64,000 bases of DNA from positions 15,140,464 through 15,204,463 of the forward strand of contig NC_043011.1 of assembly GCF_006345805.1 (NCBI RefSeq), in the 5' to 3' direction. Under the pieces are notes generated by a model. That model did no database searches, was not told the origin of the DNA, and saw only the letters and a list, made by a program, of their open reading frames with translations. Each line of letters starts with the position of its first letter. The stretch's first letter is position 1. The stretch is from Octopus sinensis. Its lineage: Eukaryota. Below, piece by piece: positions 38,347-50,159 of the stretch. The translations under genes were made by a program, and so were the position numbers.

Positions 38347-38700
38347 AAACCTGATATATATAAATGCATAAAGACATGTGCATATATATATGTTTGTATA
38401 GACATATCTCATGCTTTGATATTACGTAGACTGTACTACCCGTTGACATGTCACTGTTAAGTAAAATGTTAAACACTAATGGTATGCAAATTTGGGGCTT
38501 CTGTACTCTGTGGTTACTAGATTTGGTGTCTATAAACAGAATAAGTACTTATTTCATTGAGACTGTCAAATGGTGTAGACACCTCTGATTAAGGCTTTTT
38601 CATTATTTTTTGCAGTCCACAGGGAATAGATAAAATTGACATGATTGCATATTTAGTACGTCAGTTTACACACACGCACACACATGTATATACTTAAACA

Positions 38701-38755
<55 letters not shown>

Positions 38756-40327
38756 TGATACATATTTATATTTGTGTATGTATATGTGTGTGTATGAATG
38801 TAGATTGTTCTAATATAATAATATCGTTGAAAGAGCTATCACAAGGGAGCTGTCTACTAACTTAATAGAAATATCGAAAGATCCCACATGAGTAATATGG
38901 GGAATCAGAAAACTTTGATGAACTGAAATTATCGACATCTATTCCTAGACAAATATTTCTTCCGGTAATGTTTGTAATATAAAAACATAACAAGCAAGGA
39001 AGATAATTCAGGTGAGATCAGTTCCTCGCAGTGTCTGAGCTATATAGACAACGGATATAGACACGAAATTGGAAAACCGAACTTGTCGAAGTTACTTTTC
39101 GTACATGTGTTACCATTTTAAACACATCTAGAGAGAATTGTTTTGTCTTCTTATTGCTTAGGCAATCCCAGGTGATCGTTGTTCCGACTCATCATGGTAT
39201 AAGATTGTTGGATTTCAGGCCCTTTCAACTAATAATTTCATGTAATATCTTATATCTCTATTTCTATGCCATTGATATTTTAATGTAATCTTCCTTTCCA
39301 TACATTTATTATGTCTTCATAATTATATCTTCACATCAATGCTCTTAATGACATCGGTATTCATACGACGCTATTGTAGTCCGCTTACCATAATATATTC
39401 ATTTCATGTCGTTATAATGATATCTGTATTCTTACGATATACTAATAATAATTTACTCATAACATATTAATGATATCTTCCAACAATGCCTTTATTTCTT
39501 TACTAGTTCCATTAAATTATTGCTACATATGTAGAATTGAATAGATTCTTGTGAAAATAATTGTTTCTCCATAAAGCGCACACATTAAACACTATACACA
39601 ATTTTATATACAAAATCCTATACCTGAAGTGATATACGTGTTCTTCGTAATTAATTCTAAGCGATCAAACGCAGAAGCCTCTGAAGAGTCGCTGGGCTAG
39701 CTAGAAACAGTAACTAATTTTACTCAAATCATACTGTGTCGTCTTAAATAACTTCATATACAGAAGTAAAGTAATATATAAACAATGGTGGAATATGTGA
39801 GATTATGATTGCTGAAAGGTCCTCCGTCAAGCTCAATTCTGCTCATTCTGTTGTACGAGTAACTGAAATACTCTTTGGGAGACTAACGTGTCGTGGTTGA
39901 ATATTCCTGGGTGTAACGCAATCCTGTGGCAGAATCAGTGTAACACGATGTGACAAGGTAGAACCCTTGAAGTGTAGATCTATTTATCGTCCCCCGCCCA
40001 AATGAAAGACATTCAGAACATTGGAAAGCGGAATTTAGACTACTAAATATTTCAACATGCGTTATAATTACTCTGCCAATTCGTCACATTCACGAATTCA
40101 ACCCGAACAAACCCGAAGACACGTCTGGCTCAAATCTGTTTTGCATCAACTTTTCTCTTGATTCGGAGGCATCGCACTTAATAGATTGCAATGGCTTATA
40201 TCGACTCTGGTATAGATCATTAATTATCGAGTCAGAAAGTTTGTCTTTTAATGTAAAAACACACTAATTGACATCGAAAAATATACACACACGCACAAGC
40301 ATATGTATATTTACATACATACACACA

Positions 40328-40420
<93 letters not shown>

Positions 40421-40526
40421 CATATATATATGTATGTATGTATGTATGTATATATATATACATATACATATATATATATATGTATGTATATATACATATA
40501 TATATATATACATACATACATATATA

Positions 40527-40589
<63 letters not shown>

Positions 40590-40593
<4 letters not shown>

Positions 40594-41680
40594 CTGTTCG
40601 GGCTAAATTTGAAGATTATTTATGTTTCCGTTTTTCAGGAACTGCTAAATGGATTAGTGAACAGTCAATGGTGTTAGAGATCATAAAGATTATATCAGTA
40701 ATTGAGAGAAAGTTTGCTGAGAGGAAGCCATTAGAATATTGGTAAAGACTTACCTGTATCATTATGATTTGCATTGGGTATCAAAGTGCTGACATCATTG
40801 TGTCATCAATGCTCTGGGAACACGCGTAAATGCTTGAAGATGTGACATGGACAACTGTAACGGGGACTACGAAGCCGTGGCAAGCGGGAAAGGACACGGA
40901 AGGGTTTCTGACTGCATCTGCATACTTGAAATTATATCCGCATCTTTGAACTGAGCCCTAAACTCAGTTCAGATAGCTATGTGAAGCTACTAGAGCCCGT
41001 GGTTGAACTCTGGCTGGAGATGGTTGCTCCTGGAAAGCTATATGAATGGTGATTTGTCCTTCTCGAGCCGTGACTGGTTCATAAGGGCCGGTTTCCCGGT
41101 TTCCTTGGCGTATATGTTCACCACCTGGACGGGACGCCGGTCCATCGCAGGTGAGCTGCAAGATGCAGGAGGAAAGAGTGAGAGAAAGCTGTGGCGAAAG
41201 AGTCAGCAGAAGTTCGCCATTACTCGGAGCCCAGGTGATTCGCTCAAAAACACACACATCGCCCGGTCTGAGATTCGAACCCACGGTCCCTTAACCGCGA
41301 GTCCGCTGCTCTAACCACTAGGCCATGTGAATGGTGGCAGGATTCGGTTCCTTGCCACACCTCTGTAAACAATCAGAAGAATTTCTATGACTTCACCAGT
41401 CCCAGTTTCTAGCCTACTAATTATCCCGATTGTAATCCCACAGGTTACTGTGTGGGGGTGGCAGTTGAAAAAGGTACCAACCACTCTGCCTGCAGTACCA
41501 TGGCCGAGCTGGGGGCTGAAATCAAAGAGATGTTCAAATATCTTTTCATAGATTCAGTGAGGAAAGCAGGCACCTGGTTCTGGATGGAAGCTGATGGCAG
41601 TTACTTTGCGCAAACTGTTGTCCCTCAACATAATTTAGTTATGTTTTCAGTTTTTAAAAATTACCTTTAATTTTGGATGG
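40590..41680 (+). mobile_element. Degenerate Tc1/mariner (maT-like) transposase interrupted by SINE C
   Basis: YVKLLEPVVELWL..WQDSVPCHTS..F*PTNYPDCNP..VE..TN..ELGAEIKE..EADGSYF. Confidence 0.7.
41052..41327 (-). mobile_element. SINE family C copy 2
   Basis: Reverse complement of 17357-17658; 9-bp TSD TGAATGGTG. Confidence 0.9.
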
Positions 41681-41880
41681 AATGTTGTTTTTACCTTTCC
41701 TCTTACGCAAACTGTCATATTTAACCAGAACATTCTGTATGTATGTGCAAACATTATACGATACAAAATTCAACTTCTAGAATCAATTGTTTGACCAGCT
41801 GCTAGTTAAAACTCGATGGACGTTCATTTCTTATATATATATAAATATATGTTGAAGGTTTAAAGGGAACACACGAGTTG

Positions 41881-41915
<35 letters not shown>

Positions 41916-41917
41916 AT

Positions 41918-43402
41918 ATGGAAAAAAGTCAAGGTAGAAAATGCCAAAATAATTTTATAAAGAACATTTCAGTACCGGTTCCAGTCACTGAGACTTTTTC
42001 AACTGTAAGTATGGAAAACAATCAAATTTTGGAAAAATTAAATGAAAATTTTTTTTAAAGAATATCTATACAGTATTCAAGTACAAGGGGCATTTTCCTT
42101 GTTTCTGCCTGTCTCTGTCTCTCTTGTTTACTCTTGTAGGTTCGAGGACGTTGTGAATTCTTGGCAGAGAAGAAGAAATCTGGGTGTAAATCCTTCTTTA
42201 ATTTGGGATGTCTGAGTTCGTGGATGTTGAGTTGTAGGGTACGTTGAAAGCATATGTCAATCAGTGAAGGTGAGTAGTTCCTGATGATGAGTGTATCCTT
42301 TAGTTCATGTAGTCATGTGTCCTTGGTGCTTGCATTAGAAACTATAGTACATATTCTTTTTGCTAGGTTGAAGGAGATATTCATTCTGGTATGTTTTGGG
42401 TGGCATGAGATGAACGGTAGATATTGCTTGGAGTCCCTGGGCTTATAGTATATATCTGTTTCTATTACGTTGTTAGATTTCTTAATGAGGATGTCGAGGA
42501 AGGGAAGTTGTTGATGGCTATAATCTATCGTGAATTGAATGTTTACGTCAAGTCCATTTATAAGTGCTTTGAATTCTTTGAGGCTCTCTATATTTTCATG
42601 CCAAAGAATGAAACAGTGATCCAGGTATTTCTTTCTTTGTAGATGGAGAATGGGCTGCCGTATTTTTCTAGAACCTTACGATAAACACTAATTTCTAGAT
42701 ATCCCACGACTAGGTGTTATATCGCACGTTCCGATGACCTCTACTCAACTGCCGACGTCTAGACTTCTCCCTCTATATCTACGTATTGGCTAGCTTAGTT
42801 CATCGTCTGGGGGCGTCCACACAACACTAGGTTAGCAAAGGAAGGAGCCATTCTCGTACCCATCGCAGTCCCCGATTTTTGTCGATAGAAGTTGTCATTG
42901 AAGACAAAGTAGTTATTCCCCAAGATGAATTTTAGCCCTTTTATGTCGAATTGTTTTTTGATGCGACGTGGGAGTTCGTTGGCGTAATTCTCTAGCCAGA
43001 ATTGAATTGCCTCTATTCCTAGGTTGTGGGGAATATTGGGATAGGGGTTGACTACATCGAAGGATACTAGTAGGGTGTTTTTGTTTATTGTTTCAGGTCG
43101 TCCCTTATGTAGCTTTTCACATGCTTGAGGAAAGGTTTTAAGAGGGTATCTAAAAGTTACTGAGGCGGTGGGTTTCGCATGCCGGACCTGCTATTATAGG
43201 TCTCATTTCGAGGTCATTAGGAGTAGGGACTTTGATTATTATGCCTGAGAGACCTAAAATCCATGTTAAAATTATATAGAGAAGGGATCACCGACAAAGA
43301 ATATGACTATATCACTAATTTCAAAAGTAAAACTAGTCAATTCTACTGTATTCCCAAGATACACAAAAGTGAGAAAATAAGTGACGCATGCAGGATAGCC
43401 AC
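41918..43402 (-). mobile_element. Degenerate PLE: RT core and thumb, GIY-YIG missing, terminal repeat, inverted 5' piece
   Basis: RPIIAGP..LVSFDVVN.YPNIP..NNYFVFNDNFYRQKSGTAMGTRMAPSFANL..YLDHCF..LPFLD..TDIYYKP..SCHPKHT; plus strand 43248-43402 FYCIPKIHKS. Confidence 0.85.
42715..42826 (-). mobile_element. 112-bp solo LTR
   Basis: TGTTG...TAACA termini; perfect 5-bp TSD CTAGG; removal restores the host RT frame ANLVVGYLE. Confidence 0.85.
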
Positions 43403-43760
43403 AGTTTCGCAGAGGTCTCGCCTAGTATGGTGTGCTTCTAAAGCAGTGGTCAATTCTTGCCAATCAGAGGTTACTTATCCATCTTGTGCTCTATGAATGA
43501 ATCCTGCAAAATTGTAAAATAATATTCAAGCGGACTCATGAATGAACACATTATACCAAAATAACACTTAATACATAAATGAATAAATAAAAACAAAAAT
43601 ACAACACTCTTAGTACAAAACCAATAGATATACATGAAGTGGTGTAAACAACTGGAATCCATTTGATCCCCCTGCTATACGATCAGAGCTGACACGATTT
43701 CAAATAGCTTCATGAACCGCTGTAACATCTAGAACGGTGTATCTCATATACCGATCACTT

Positions 43761-44191
43761 GGATCTTTTCGGTTTGACCGGCAGTTTTTTAAAAATAATT
43801 TCTAGGTAACTAAAAAATTTTAAACTTCGTATACTCATAGAATGTGTTTATAAAACATCTTTTTCTCTTGGCTTTATTGAGAAAATTCTATAGTTTGTAA
43901 GATATTTGTTGCTTTTTTCTTCTTCAATTTCTGCAATTTCAAACAATCAATGACGTCCATTGAGGTAAACAACATTCTGTGCCGTATGAATATGTCCCTC
44001 GTTTAAGAAACAGATTAGGTTTATTTACATTTGTGAAGAAAAAAAGATACCCTTCCCCCCAACCCTAACCCTAACTAACCCTAACCCTAAAACAGATTGA
44101 AATGCAATAGATCGATACTAGGGTCATAATTATGGGTGACAATTTCATATGACACCGCTAGAAAAAACTGCCGTTCAAACCGAAAAGATCC
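43761..44191 (-). mobile_element. TIR MITE copy 3
   Basis: Same TIRs and interior; perfect 8-bp TSD GATCACTT at 43753-43760 and 44192-44199. Confidence 0.92.
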
Positions 44192-44419
44192 GATCACTTT
44201 GCATATAGTCTGTACGTACTGCTTGTGAAATATGATTCTATACATATAGCTCAGTATACATATAGTCTCTTATTCCATATAAACAACTCCATATCAAGAC
44301 AAACAATTGCATACCGCGTTATACCATAAAGTTTATTGTGTTGGCTTCGGCCATAAATATTCATGTCGTGCTCGCAGCAGAAAGTACGCATTATCATTGC
44401 ATCAGTGTATCACCCAGAC

Positions 44420-44630
44420 TAACGTCTGTTATTATACATGGCTGGTCATAATGCTCTTCACGCGGACTAGTTAGTCTGTCGTAGGTTTCACCATTTACAG
44501 CTGAGTGGACAGGCGCAACATGAAATGTGCTCTTTTGCTCAAGGACACAACGCATCGCTGGCCTGGGAATTGAAACTACGTTCTTGCGATCGTGAGTGCA
44601 ACACGCTAAACAATTGACCACGCTCCGTCA
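44420..44630 (-). mobile_element. Old tRNA-derived CORE-like SINE (family E)
   Basis: Sense: GTGGTCAATTGTTTAGCGTG..GTTTCAATTCCC..GTTGTGTCCTTGAGCAA..GTCCACTCAGCTGTAAATGG. Confidence 0.6.
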
Positions 44631-44709
44631 CATACTTGCATTATAAAATAAGTGGTTAAGTAGCTCACAGAAATATATACGTTTAGTATACCTCCCAGGA
44701 GGACGCAGA

Positions 44710-45090
44710 ATCTTTTCTACTCAAGGCACAAGGCCAGAAATTTTTGATGAAGGGGCCAGTCGATTAGATCGACCCCAGTACGCAACTGATACTTAATTTA
44801 TCAACCCCGAAAGAATGAAAGGCAAAGTCGACCTCGGTGGAATTTGAACTCAGAACGTAGCGGCAGACGAAATACCTATTTCTTTACTACCCACAAGGGG
44901 CTAAACACAGAGGGGACATACAAGGACAGACAAACGGATTAAGTCGATTATATCGACCCCAGTGCGTAACTGGTACTTAATTTATCGACCCCGAAAGGAT
45001 GAAAGGCAAAGTCGACCTCGGCGGAATTTGAACTCAGAACGTAGCTAAGCATTTCGCCCGGCGAGCTAACGTTTCTGCCAGCTCGCCGCC
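44710..45090 (-). mobile_element. SINE A dimer: LINE-tailed unit joined to a unit with a different tail
   Basis: Junction GACGAAATACCTATTTCTTT at ~44866-44885; distal tail ..TTCTGGCCTTGTGCCTTGAGTAGAAAAG. Confidence 0.88.
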
Positions 45091-45799
45091 GTCAGTGGGG
45101 ACGTAGAATGACTCAGAGAGTGATAAGTTTGGTTTCAAAGTTTGGCACAAGGTCTGCAAGTTCGGGGTAAGTGGTAAGTCAATGACATCGGCTCCAGAAC
45201 TCAACTGTACTTATTTTATCGATCACAGAAGGATGAAAAGCAAGGTTGAACTCAGAACGCAAAGACAGACGAAATGCGGTTAGACATTTTGTCCGGCGAG
45301 TTAACTATTCCGTCAGCTCGCCACCGCCTTAACAGCGTGTGATAAGTTTGACGTTTTGAATGACGAGCAAACTCCGTTGGTTGAATTCCATCTGAATAAT
45401 TGAGTTACCAGTGTTTCGTACAAGACTCTTGCTCATGGTAGCGCACAGTCACACTGAACCCGCGACCACGATACCCTTCAACAGCCTGTATCCATTCTTA
45501 TATTTAACACATACACGCAAAATATCGATACACAAGCAGATACGCCATCAGTGACATATGGATTCTGAATTCCCTTGGATTTGATACTAATAGATTTGTT
45601 ACCAATATCTTAACTATGACACATCTTAATTCCATCGACCAAGCATTCACTCCATATCTCGTGTCGTTTCCGGAAACTTTTCAAAATATTAGATTTACTT
45701 GATAAAACGTCGCACTAACATAACATTTTTTTTATTGAGTATTACAAAGCAATAATGGATGCGTATATAAATACATACGTACATACATACATACATACA

Positions 45800-45833
<34 letters not shown>

Positions 45834-46203
45834 CATACATACATACATACATACATACATACATACATACATACATACATACATACATACATACACATAT
45901 GCACACTAACGCAAGCACATACACACACATACATATATATAATTCATACATTCTTACACACAAACTACTCTCCTTTCGTTAGTCTTCATTATTTGTTCGG
46001 AATTTATGTTGGTGTTAGTCATTTCTACAATAATACTTTGGTATTTCCGCTGATAAGTAACATCTTGTATGTGGGCATTTCAGAATGTGTGTGTGTGGGG
46101 GGTCTGAGAAAGAGGGAGTGAAAGAGAGAAACAGACAGGGACGGAGAATGTGTGTGTGTATGAAAGACTGTGTGTATGTGTGAGAGAGAGAGAGAGAGAG
46201 AGA

Positions 46204-46237
<34 letters not shown>

Positions 46238-46396
46238 ATGTGCGAATGAGAATGTGTTCGAAAGTCTATGTTAATCGTATGCTAAAGGTTAAGTGCAATG
46301 TTCCATTAGCGAAAACAACAAAAACAACATCAAATTAAACTACAATAAAAGTCCGGGCCCCGATCCTGGTTGACCTCTTCGAAGTAAATCTAGATC

Positions 46397-46693
46397 TCAT
46401 TTCCCATTCTCGAACTTTATAAGATCTGTCCATGTCGGCGGTTGTTTGATGATCAAAACTGCGTATTTACGTACGTTTAGTTCCATCTTGATCTGTTTCA
46501 ATGCATGTATTAATTCTTTGTGATAAATTCCCGCCGCCTCCGCGAGATCTGTCGTATATACATTACAACCCGGAAATATGCTAGCTGTTTCTCTGATATC
46601 GGTGCAGGTGAAAAACTGTTCGCTAGCAAACACAATAACTACATATGGGTGAAATACATAACTTTGAACATGGAACATTAAGGAGAAAACCAA
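46397..46693 (-). other. Non-repetitive ORF, possible coding exon (unknown product)
   Basis: 98 open codons, complex CpG-containing sequence; no recognised motif. Confidence 0.3.
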
Positions 46694-47120
46694 GTGCAGT
46701 GCAAGATGTCAGTGTTAAAGGGCCCTGTATAACCATTAATACTTCTGTATGATATTTTATTGACTTTGTACATCAAAAGTAAATGTCTTTGAAAGTTTCG
46801 ACTTTGCATTTCATTGTTCTTGCAAAGTGTCTTGAAGTTAATTAGTTTAGATCTCTTTAGTCTCTCTGATTTGTACTGTGAACAGAAAACATGTGTCGGA
46901 GACATTAAAGTACTTTTCTTTTCCCCATTTTTTACTTTATAACATTTCTCTCTGTTACTCAACTTTGAGAATCAGATTCAGTTGCTGTTATTACTTTCAC
47001 TGAACACTTCATTTCTTTTTAGTCTTTAGAGAAAAGTTCCAACTTGTCTGACTGAATAATGTTCTAATCAAATTCAATTTCCAAAGACCTTGTATCTATT
47101 TCCATCCCCACTGGTATACT

Positions 47121-47318
<198 letters not shown>

Positions 47319-47319
47319 T

Positions 47320-48680
47320 TTTTTCTTCTTTCAAATTTGCTTCCATTTCTTGCCGAGTGTCTTCCCGACTCCTAGGGCAAAGAAACTCATAGTATACATT
47401 GGTAGGCCATTAAACTAAACTCAATAGTTCGTTCATTTTTTTTAAAGTTAAATTAAAATACATGGGTAGTAATAGTTCTCACATCGACAATGCTCTTCTT
47501 AATACGTGTGATGTACCAGTTAAGACAATCTTTTGCACTTCTTGCAGGGATGGTAAGCCAGGGATCATTCTCATATAATTTTCGGTTCCTTTCTTGATCA
47601 TTCCTAGTGCTCCTACGATCACTGGTATTGTAACCGCCTTGAGATGGCACATTTTCTCAATTTCAATGAGTAGGTCTTTATATTTTCTGAGCTTGTCAAA
47701 CTCTTTCGCTGAGATATTATGATCACAGGGGATGCTCATGTCGATCAATAAGCAAACTTTATTCTTTTGGTCTTTCACAACAATATCTGGTTTATTGGCT
47801 TTGATGGTTCGGTCTGTATGTACTGGAAAGTCCCACAGAATCGTTACATTTTCTCCTTCAGTTACAGCTTCAGGGTGGTGATTATACCACTTGACGGCAG
47901 TTTTGATATTGTAATGCCGACTTATTAGCCAGTGTAGATATTGGCCAAATCTGTCATGTCTTAATTTATACTCCACTGGTGCTAAGACTTTACATCCAGA
48001 GATTAGGTGGTCCACTGTTTCAATCATGTCGTTGCAGAATCGGCATTTTGGGCCTGCTCCATTTTTCATCACATTGGCCTGGTAGTTCCGGGTTAATAGG
48101 CTTTGATCTTGAGCAGCCAGGATGAAACCTTCGCTCTCTGCTTTTAGCCCTGAGCTCCGTAGCCACTGATGGGTTTGCTTCTGGTCAACATCAGCTTGTT
48201 TGCTGCGGGCCACATATTTGCCGTGCAGAGGTTTCTCTTCCCACCTATCAGCCAATTGCTCCTGCACTTTTTTCGTTGCCATTACTTTCACCTTCTTTGC
48301 AACAATAGTTGCCGTACTTCCCTCGGGTTGTTCAGCACGAGATCAATAGCAAATTTTTTGCTTTCCTTTATGATAGAATAAAGCTTCTTTCGTCTCTCGT
48401 GATTTTCCACAAGCTTTAGCATCCAGTCATTCGTTATTTCAAGATATTTGGCCAGTCCAATTGTGGTTGTTTTGTAAGCTAGTTCAAATTGGATCAGGCC
48501 TCGACCTCCTTGGGCTCTGGGAAGGTAAAGGCGATCTACGTCTGCCTTTGGGTGGTGCATCCTATTACAACTCAGCAGCTTGCGTATTTTCCTATCTATA
48601 TTCTTTACTTCACTCATATTCCAGTTCAACACATTGTCGCTATAAGTAACAACTGGAACTGCTAAGGAATTTATAGCTAA

Positions 48681-48682
<2 letters not shown>
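47320..48682 (-). mobile_element. 5'-truncated R4/Dong-type LINE (thumb, CCHC, RLE)
   Basis: AINSLAVPVVTYS..HHPKADVDRLYLPRAQGGRGL; CRFCNDMIETVDHLISGC..RHD; KPDIVV..LLIDMSIP..K..KYKDL..PVIVGALG; frameshift near 48290-48330. Confidence 0.92.
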
Positions 48683-48738
<56 letters not shown>

Positions 48739-48761
48739 GCTATATTATTATTATTATTATT

Positions 48762-49472
48762 CTATGTTTGACTTTTGCTTTATATTTGTATAAGTTGGCT
48801 CCAAGTCTCACCCAGAGACCTCAAGAGACAACAGGGTTGGAAGTTCATGTTGTTGTTATGCCTAGTGTGCCATATATTTGGGGGGGGGGGGGATGTTGTA
48901 CTAATGAATGTCTAAAAAAAAAAGTTTTTTTTTTTTTTTTTTTTAAACCGAAAATTATGGTTGTTTTAAACCTTGAGGTTACATAGAGAGTATTTTGCGT
49001 AGGATATGAGCAGTTCCCATGAGCACTATCTTTTGAACTTCTGCCATTTTTGGGTTTCCTGGTATCTGAGTTAGGTAGCTATCAGCCCCTTTTGCTATCA
49101 TTCCCAGGGCACCTATGACAACAGGTATTGTTTTAGTCTTCAGCTTCCACATTTTGCTGATTTCTATTTCAAGATCTTTATATTTGCTCAGTTTTTGGTA
49201 GGTCCTGACAGATACGTTTATATCGATTGGGACAGTCATATCAATGAGGAGGCATGTTCTTTGTTTGAAGTCTTTCAATATGATGTCTGGCCTATTTGCA
49301 TCTATCTTCCTGTCAGTTTGAATGGTGAAGTTCCAGAGGAGTGAGATGTGGTCATTTTCAAGCACTGGGGGTGGTTTGTGTTCCCACCAGTTTTTTTCAT
49401 GGGGCAAATCCAGGTTTTTACAGATTACCCAGTGAATATATTGTGCAGCTCTATCGTGCCTGTTGAGATACT
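48762..49472 (-). mobile_element. Second R4/Dong-type LINE 3' end (different subfamily)
   Basis: LLWNFTIQTDRKIDANRPDIILKD..LLIDMTVP..KYKDLEIEI..PVVIGALG; bounded by (TTA)n. Confidence 0.9.
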
Positions 49473-49473
49473 C

Positions 49474-49526
<53 letters not shown>

Positions 49527-49552
49527 GTTATTACTATTATTATTATTATTAC

Positions 49553-49633
<81 letters not shown>

Positions 49634-49634
49634 C

Positions 49635-50035
49635 AAGGCGGCGAACTGGCAGAATTGTTAGCACGCCAGGTGAAATGCTTAGCGGTATTTCGCCTGCCGC
49701 TACGTTCTGAGTTCAAATTCCGCCGAGGTCGACTCTGCCTTTCATCCTTTCGGGGTCGATTAAATAAGTACCAGTTATGCACTGGGGTCGATATTATCGA
49801 CTTAGTCCGTTTGTCTGTTCTTGTTTGTCCTCTCTGTGTTTAACCCCTTGTGGGTAGTAAAGAAATAGGTATTTCGTCTGTCTCTACGGTCTGAGTTCAA
49901 ATTCCGCCGAGGTCGACTTTGATTTTCATCCTTTCGGGGTCAGTAAATTAAGTACCACTGAAACACTGGTGTTGATATAATCGAGTAATCCCCTCCTCAA
50001 AAATTTCAAACCTTATGTCTATATGAGAAAGAATT
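49635..50035 (+). mobile_element. SINE A dimer (LINE-tailed unit plus old-tailed unit)
   Basis: Junction AAAGAAATAGGTATTTCGTCTG at ~49859-49880. Confidence 0.88.
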
Positions 50036-50057
50036 ATAATAATAATAATAATTATTA

Positions 50058-50159
<102 letters not shown>

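Noticed and set aside
39162-39245. Small plus-strand exon AIPGDRCSDSSWYKIVGFQALSTNNF after a good pyrimidine tract
   Set aside because: Too short and unsupported; such acceptors arise by chance in AT-rich DNA.
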